Of a DNA stretch of 64,000 bases, positions 62,426 through 64,000 are shown piece after piece. Source of the stretch: a virus (lineage: Duplodnaviria; Caudoviricetes); IMG/VR virus record IMGVR_UViG_3300036376_000009, positions 25,895 through 89,894 of that record; one strand, 5' to 3'. Both the position numbers and the translations under genes were made by a program. The notes below the pieces were generated by a model. The model was not told the origin of the DNA. It was given only the letters and a program-made list of their open reading frames with translations, and ran no database searches. Each line of letters begins with the position of its first letter. The stretch's first letter is position 1.

Positions 62426-64000
62426 ATGGATTCGTTCGCGTTTCCAGGCATAAACAAGGCCGGTTCGCGGTCGCCGCTCCCCGAGCGGCGATTCAAACTC
62501 ACGATTCATGATGACGTGACCGGCGAGATAATCCTTCTCGCACGCTTGCCAGACCTACCAACATCGGCGATACTGAATCTCATGCATACCCCACCTGCAC
62601 ATGCGGGAGGGGCCATGGCTGCCCGTACCCTGGACGGAGCCGCGAACGAGTCCGTGCCCCTTGGGCGGATCGAGGCTCAAAAATCCGAAGTTGCCGCCGC
62701 GTTCGAAGCGTGGAGCGTTCGCGTCAAGACCCGCCTCAAGCCCGCTTCGTACTACAGCTACGTCAAGATCGTGGAGTCGGCGCTGCGCGACAACCCCGGC
62801 TGGACGCGGCTGGACGACCTCACCTTCGACGCCATCACCGCGTACATCGACGGCAAGCTCAACGCCGGGGACTGGGCCCGGCTCACGTACAACAAGAACC
62901 TCCGCGTCCTGCGCGACTTCACGCGGTTCGTGACCAAGGCGAGGCGCCGAGCCGGCCAGGCCGACGCCGCGGACCCGCTCGAAGACGCCGAGCCCCAGCC
63001 GGGCAAGGACTCCAGCGCCGGCGGCCGGGCCGCGACGACGGAGGAAGCACGTGCGCTGCTCCGCTACACGTGCGCACGCGAGGAGGCCGACTCCCGCGCC
63101 ACCGGCAGCCGCTCGATCATCCGGGCGTGCATGTTCCTCGCGGGCATGCGCCCGGGCGAGCCCGAGCGGCTCCGGTGGAAGCACGTCAACCTGGACCACT
63201 CCACCCCGTTTTTCACGTGGACTCCCGAGGTCAACAAGAACGGCCGCAAGGAATTCGTGCCGATCGCCCCGGAGCTGACCGAGTTGCTGCGGGCGCACCG
63301 CGACCGGCTGCGCGAGCGGGTCAAGTCCGACGGCGGTGTCGAGGTGTCCCGGGACCGGCGGAACAAGACCAGCTCGCTGCGCCGCTACGACCCCGACGAC
63401 CCGGAGGCGTTCGTGGTCCCCAAGACCACGTCGGGGTGTCAGTGGGCCAAGGACGTGCGCAAGGCCCGGATCAAGGAGGCGGACTGGCGGGGGCTCCCGT
63501 TCACGCCGAAGGCGGCGCGACGCTGGCACGAGACCACGCTGGTTAAGGCCGGCGTGCCTCAGAACATGGTCGACGCGCTCATGAGACACGCGGTGACCGT
63601 GCCGCGCCGGTACTTCGACCCCACGTTGGAAGAACTCGCAGAAAAATTATCGGTGCTTCCTAAACTCTGGCCGGGAATGGACTTACGCACGATCGACGAA
63701 GGACACGCGCCCAGAAATCTTGAATCCCGCTTGACAGATGAATCGGAAAAGTCGATAGTCAATGAATCCTGGTCGCGTAGTGAAGCGGACTTCACGGACC
63801 CCTCCGCGTCAAAGTCGACCAGGACTGAGCCGCGTGCCTCACGGCGCGTGGAACAGACGACAGCGTACGAGGGGTCCATGAACGCGGGGCCTCGCCCCGC
63901 GTCAAGCGAGCCGGTTGGGCCGCTGCCGCTGGTTGAATCCGTCATGTCGAATCTGGGAATGCCGAGGGGCGGACTCGAACCGCCGACCTCCGGGTTATGA
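62426..64000 (+). CDS. int: Tyrosine integrase B; ORF ends inside the tRNA (antisense)
   Basis: AGMRPGE, VNKNG, KAAR (H replaced by K), LMRH, RRYF. TGA at 63998-64000 is the complement of the anticodon loop. Alternative start 62615. Confidence 0.9.
   Translation: MDSFAFPGINKAGSRSPLPERRFKLTIHDDVTGEIILLARLPDLPTSAILNLMHTPPAHAGGAMAARTLDGAANESVPLGRIEAQKSEVAAAFEAWSVRVKTRLKPASYYSYVKIVESALRDNPGWTRLDDLTFDAITAYIDGKLNAGDWARLTYNKNLRVLRDFTRFVTKARRRAGQADAADPLEDAEPQPGKDSSAGGRAATTEEARALLRYTCAREEADSRATGSRSIIRACMFLAGMRPGEPERLRWKHVNLDHSTPFFTWTPEVNKNGRKEFVPIAPELTELLRAHRDRLRERVKSDGGVEVSRDRRNKTSSLRRYDPDDPEAFVVPKTTSGCQWAKDVRKARIKEADWRGLPFTPKAARRWHETTLVKAGVPQNMVDALMRHAVTVPRRYFDPTLEELAEKLSVLPKLWPGMDLRTIDEGHAPRNLESRLTDESEKSIVNESWSRSEADFTDPSASKSTRTEPRASRRVEQTTAYEGSMNAGPRPASSEPVGPLPLVESVMSNLGMPRGGLEPPTSGL
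63731..63759 (+). promoter_or_regulatory. Putative promoter inside integrase B 3' extension
   Basis: TTGACA-N17-GATAGT; 229 bp before the tRNA discriminator position (63960). Confidence 0.6.
63767..63924 (+). ncRNA. Candidate novel pseudoknotted RNA (copy B)
   Basis: P1 63767-75/63816-24, hairpin 63780-95, P2 63796-804/63869-77 (extendable), P3 ~63829-45, P4 63882-902, P5 63905-24. Confidence 0.6.
63960..64000 (-). tRNA. 3' half of a tRNA with CAT anticodon (Met/Ile2/fMet unresolved), truncated by window; integration site
   Basis: Reverse complement TCATAACCCGGAGGTC-GGCGG-TTCGAGT-CCGCC-CCTCGGC-A: anticodon loop, T-arm, acceptor strand; no encoded CCA. Confidence 0.9.

Larger units (their letters stand above)
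16521..63977. mobile_element. Prophage B, apparently complete podovirus-like prophage (~47.5 kb)
   Basis: Recombination, replication, terminase, portal, capsid, short-tail/ejection genes and integrase. Flanked by the shared core CGGACTCG at 16521-16528 and 63970-63977, the latter inside a tRNA T-arm. Confidence 0.8.

Noticed and set aside
62083-62509. Minus-strand ORFs upstream of integrase B as a repressor
   Set aside because: Three overlapping candidates, none with a convincing HTH or clear RBS; left unannotated pending an HMM search.

Overview
This very GC-rich window is almost entirely prophage DNA and is best read as two prophages in tandem. Prophage A (1 to ~16,520) is the right end of a long-tailed phage. 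It carries a tape-measure C-terminus, morons, distal tail, DUF1833, an NlpC/P60-gpI-gpJ-like fusion, tail appendage genes, a reverse-strand HTH/ParB-methyltransferase/holin-like unit and a tyrosine integrase. Prophage B (~16,521 to ~63,977, about 47.5 kb) looks complete and podovirus-like. It has YqaJ/RecT, a HerA-like ATPase, a Dam-like methylase, ASCH, PolX, DnaB, an iteron-containing initiator, a leftward DUF932/MutS-I cluster, terminase, portal, scaffold, capsid, tail, ejection proteins and a second, homologous integrase that runs into the 3' half of a minus-strand tRNA(CAT) at the window edge. The most striking unexplained structure lies in the 3' extensions of both integrases. Each has a TTGACA promoter-like element exactly 229 bp before a tRNA-3'-end att core. 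Each element is followed by a ~160-nt pseudoknotted stem arrangement with the same architecture but unrelated sequence. Both integrase ORFs cross the att core in the same frame, and an RBS-occluding hairpin guards the first early gene. I infer an att-split promoter/RNA/integrase switch. A second notable feature is a pair of antisense genes apparently nested inside the 1,696-aa ejection-protein ORF. The host is possibly Planctomycetota-like (inference from one domain resemblance only). All calls are by eye, with no database searches or folding software.
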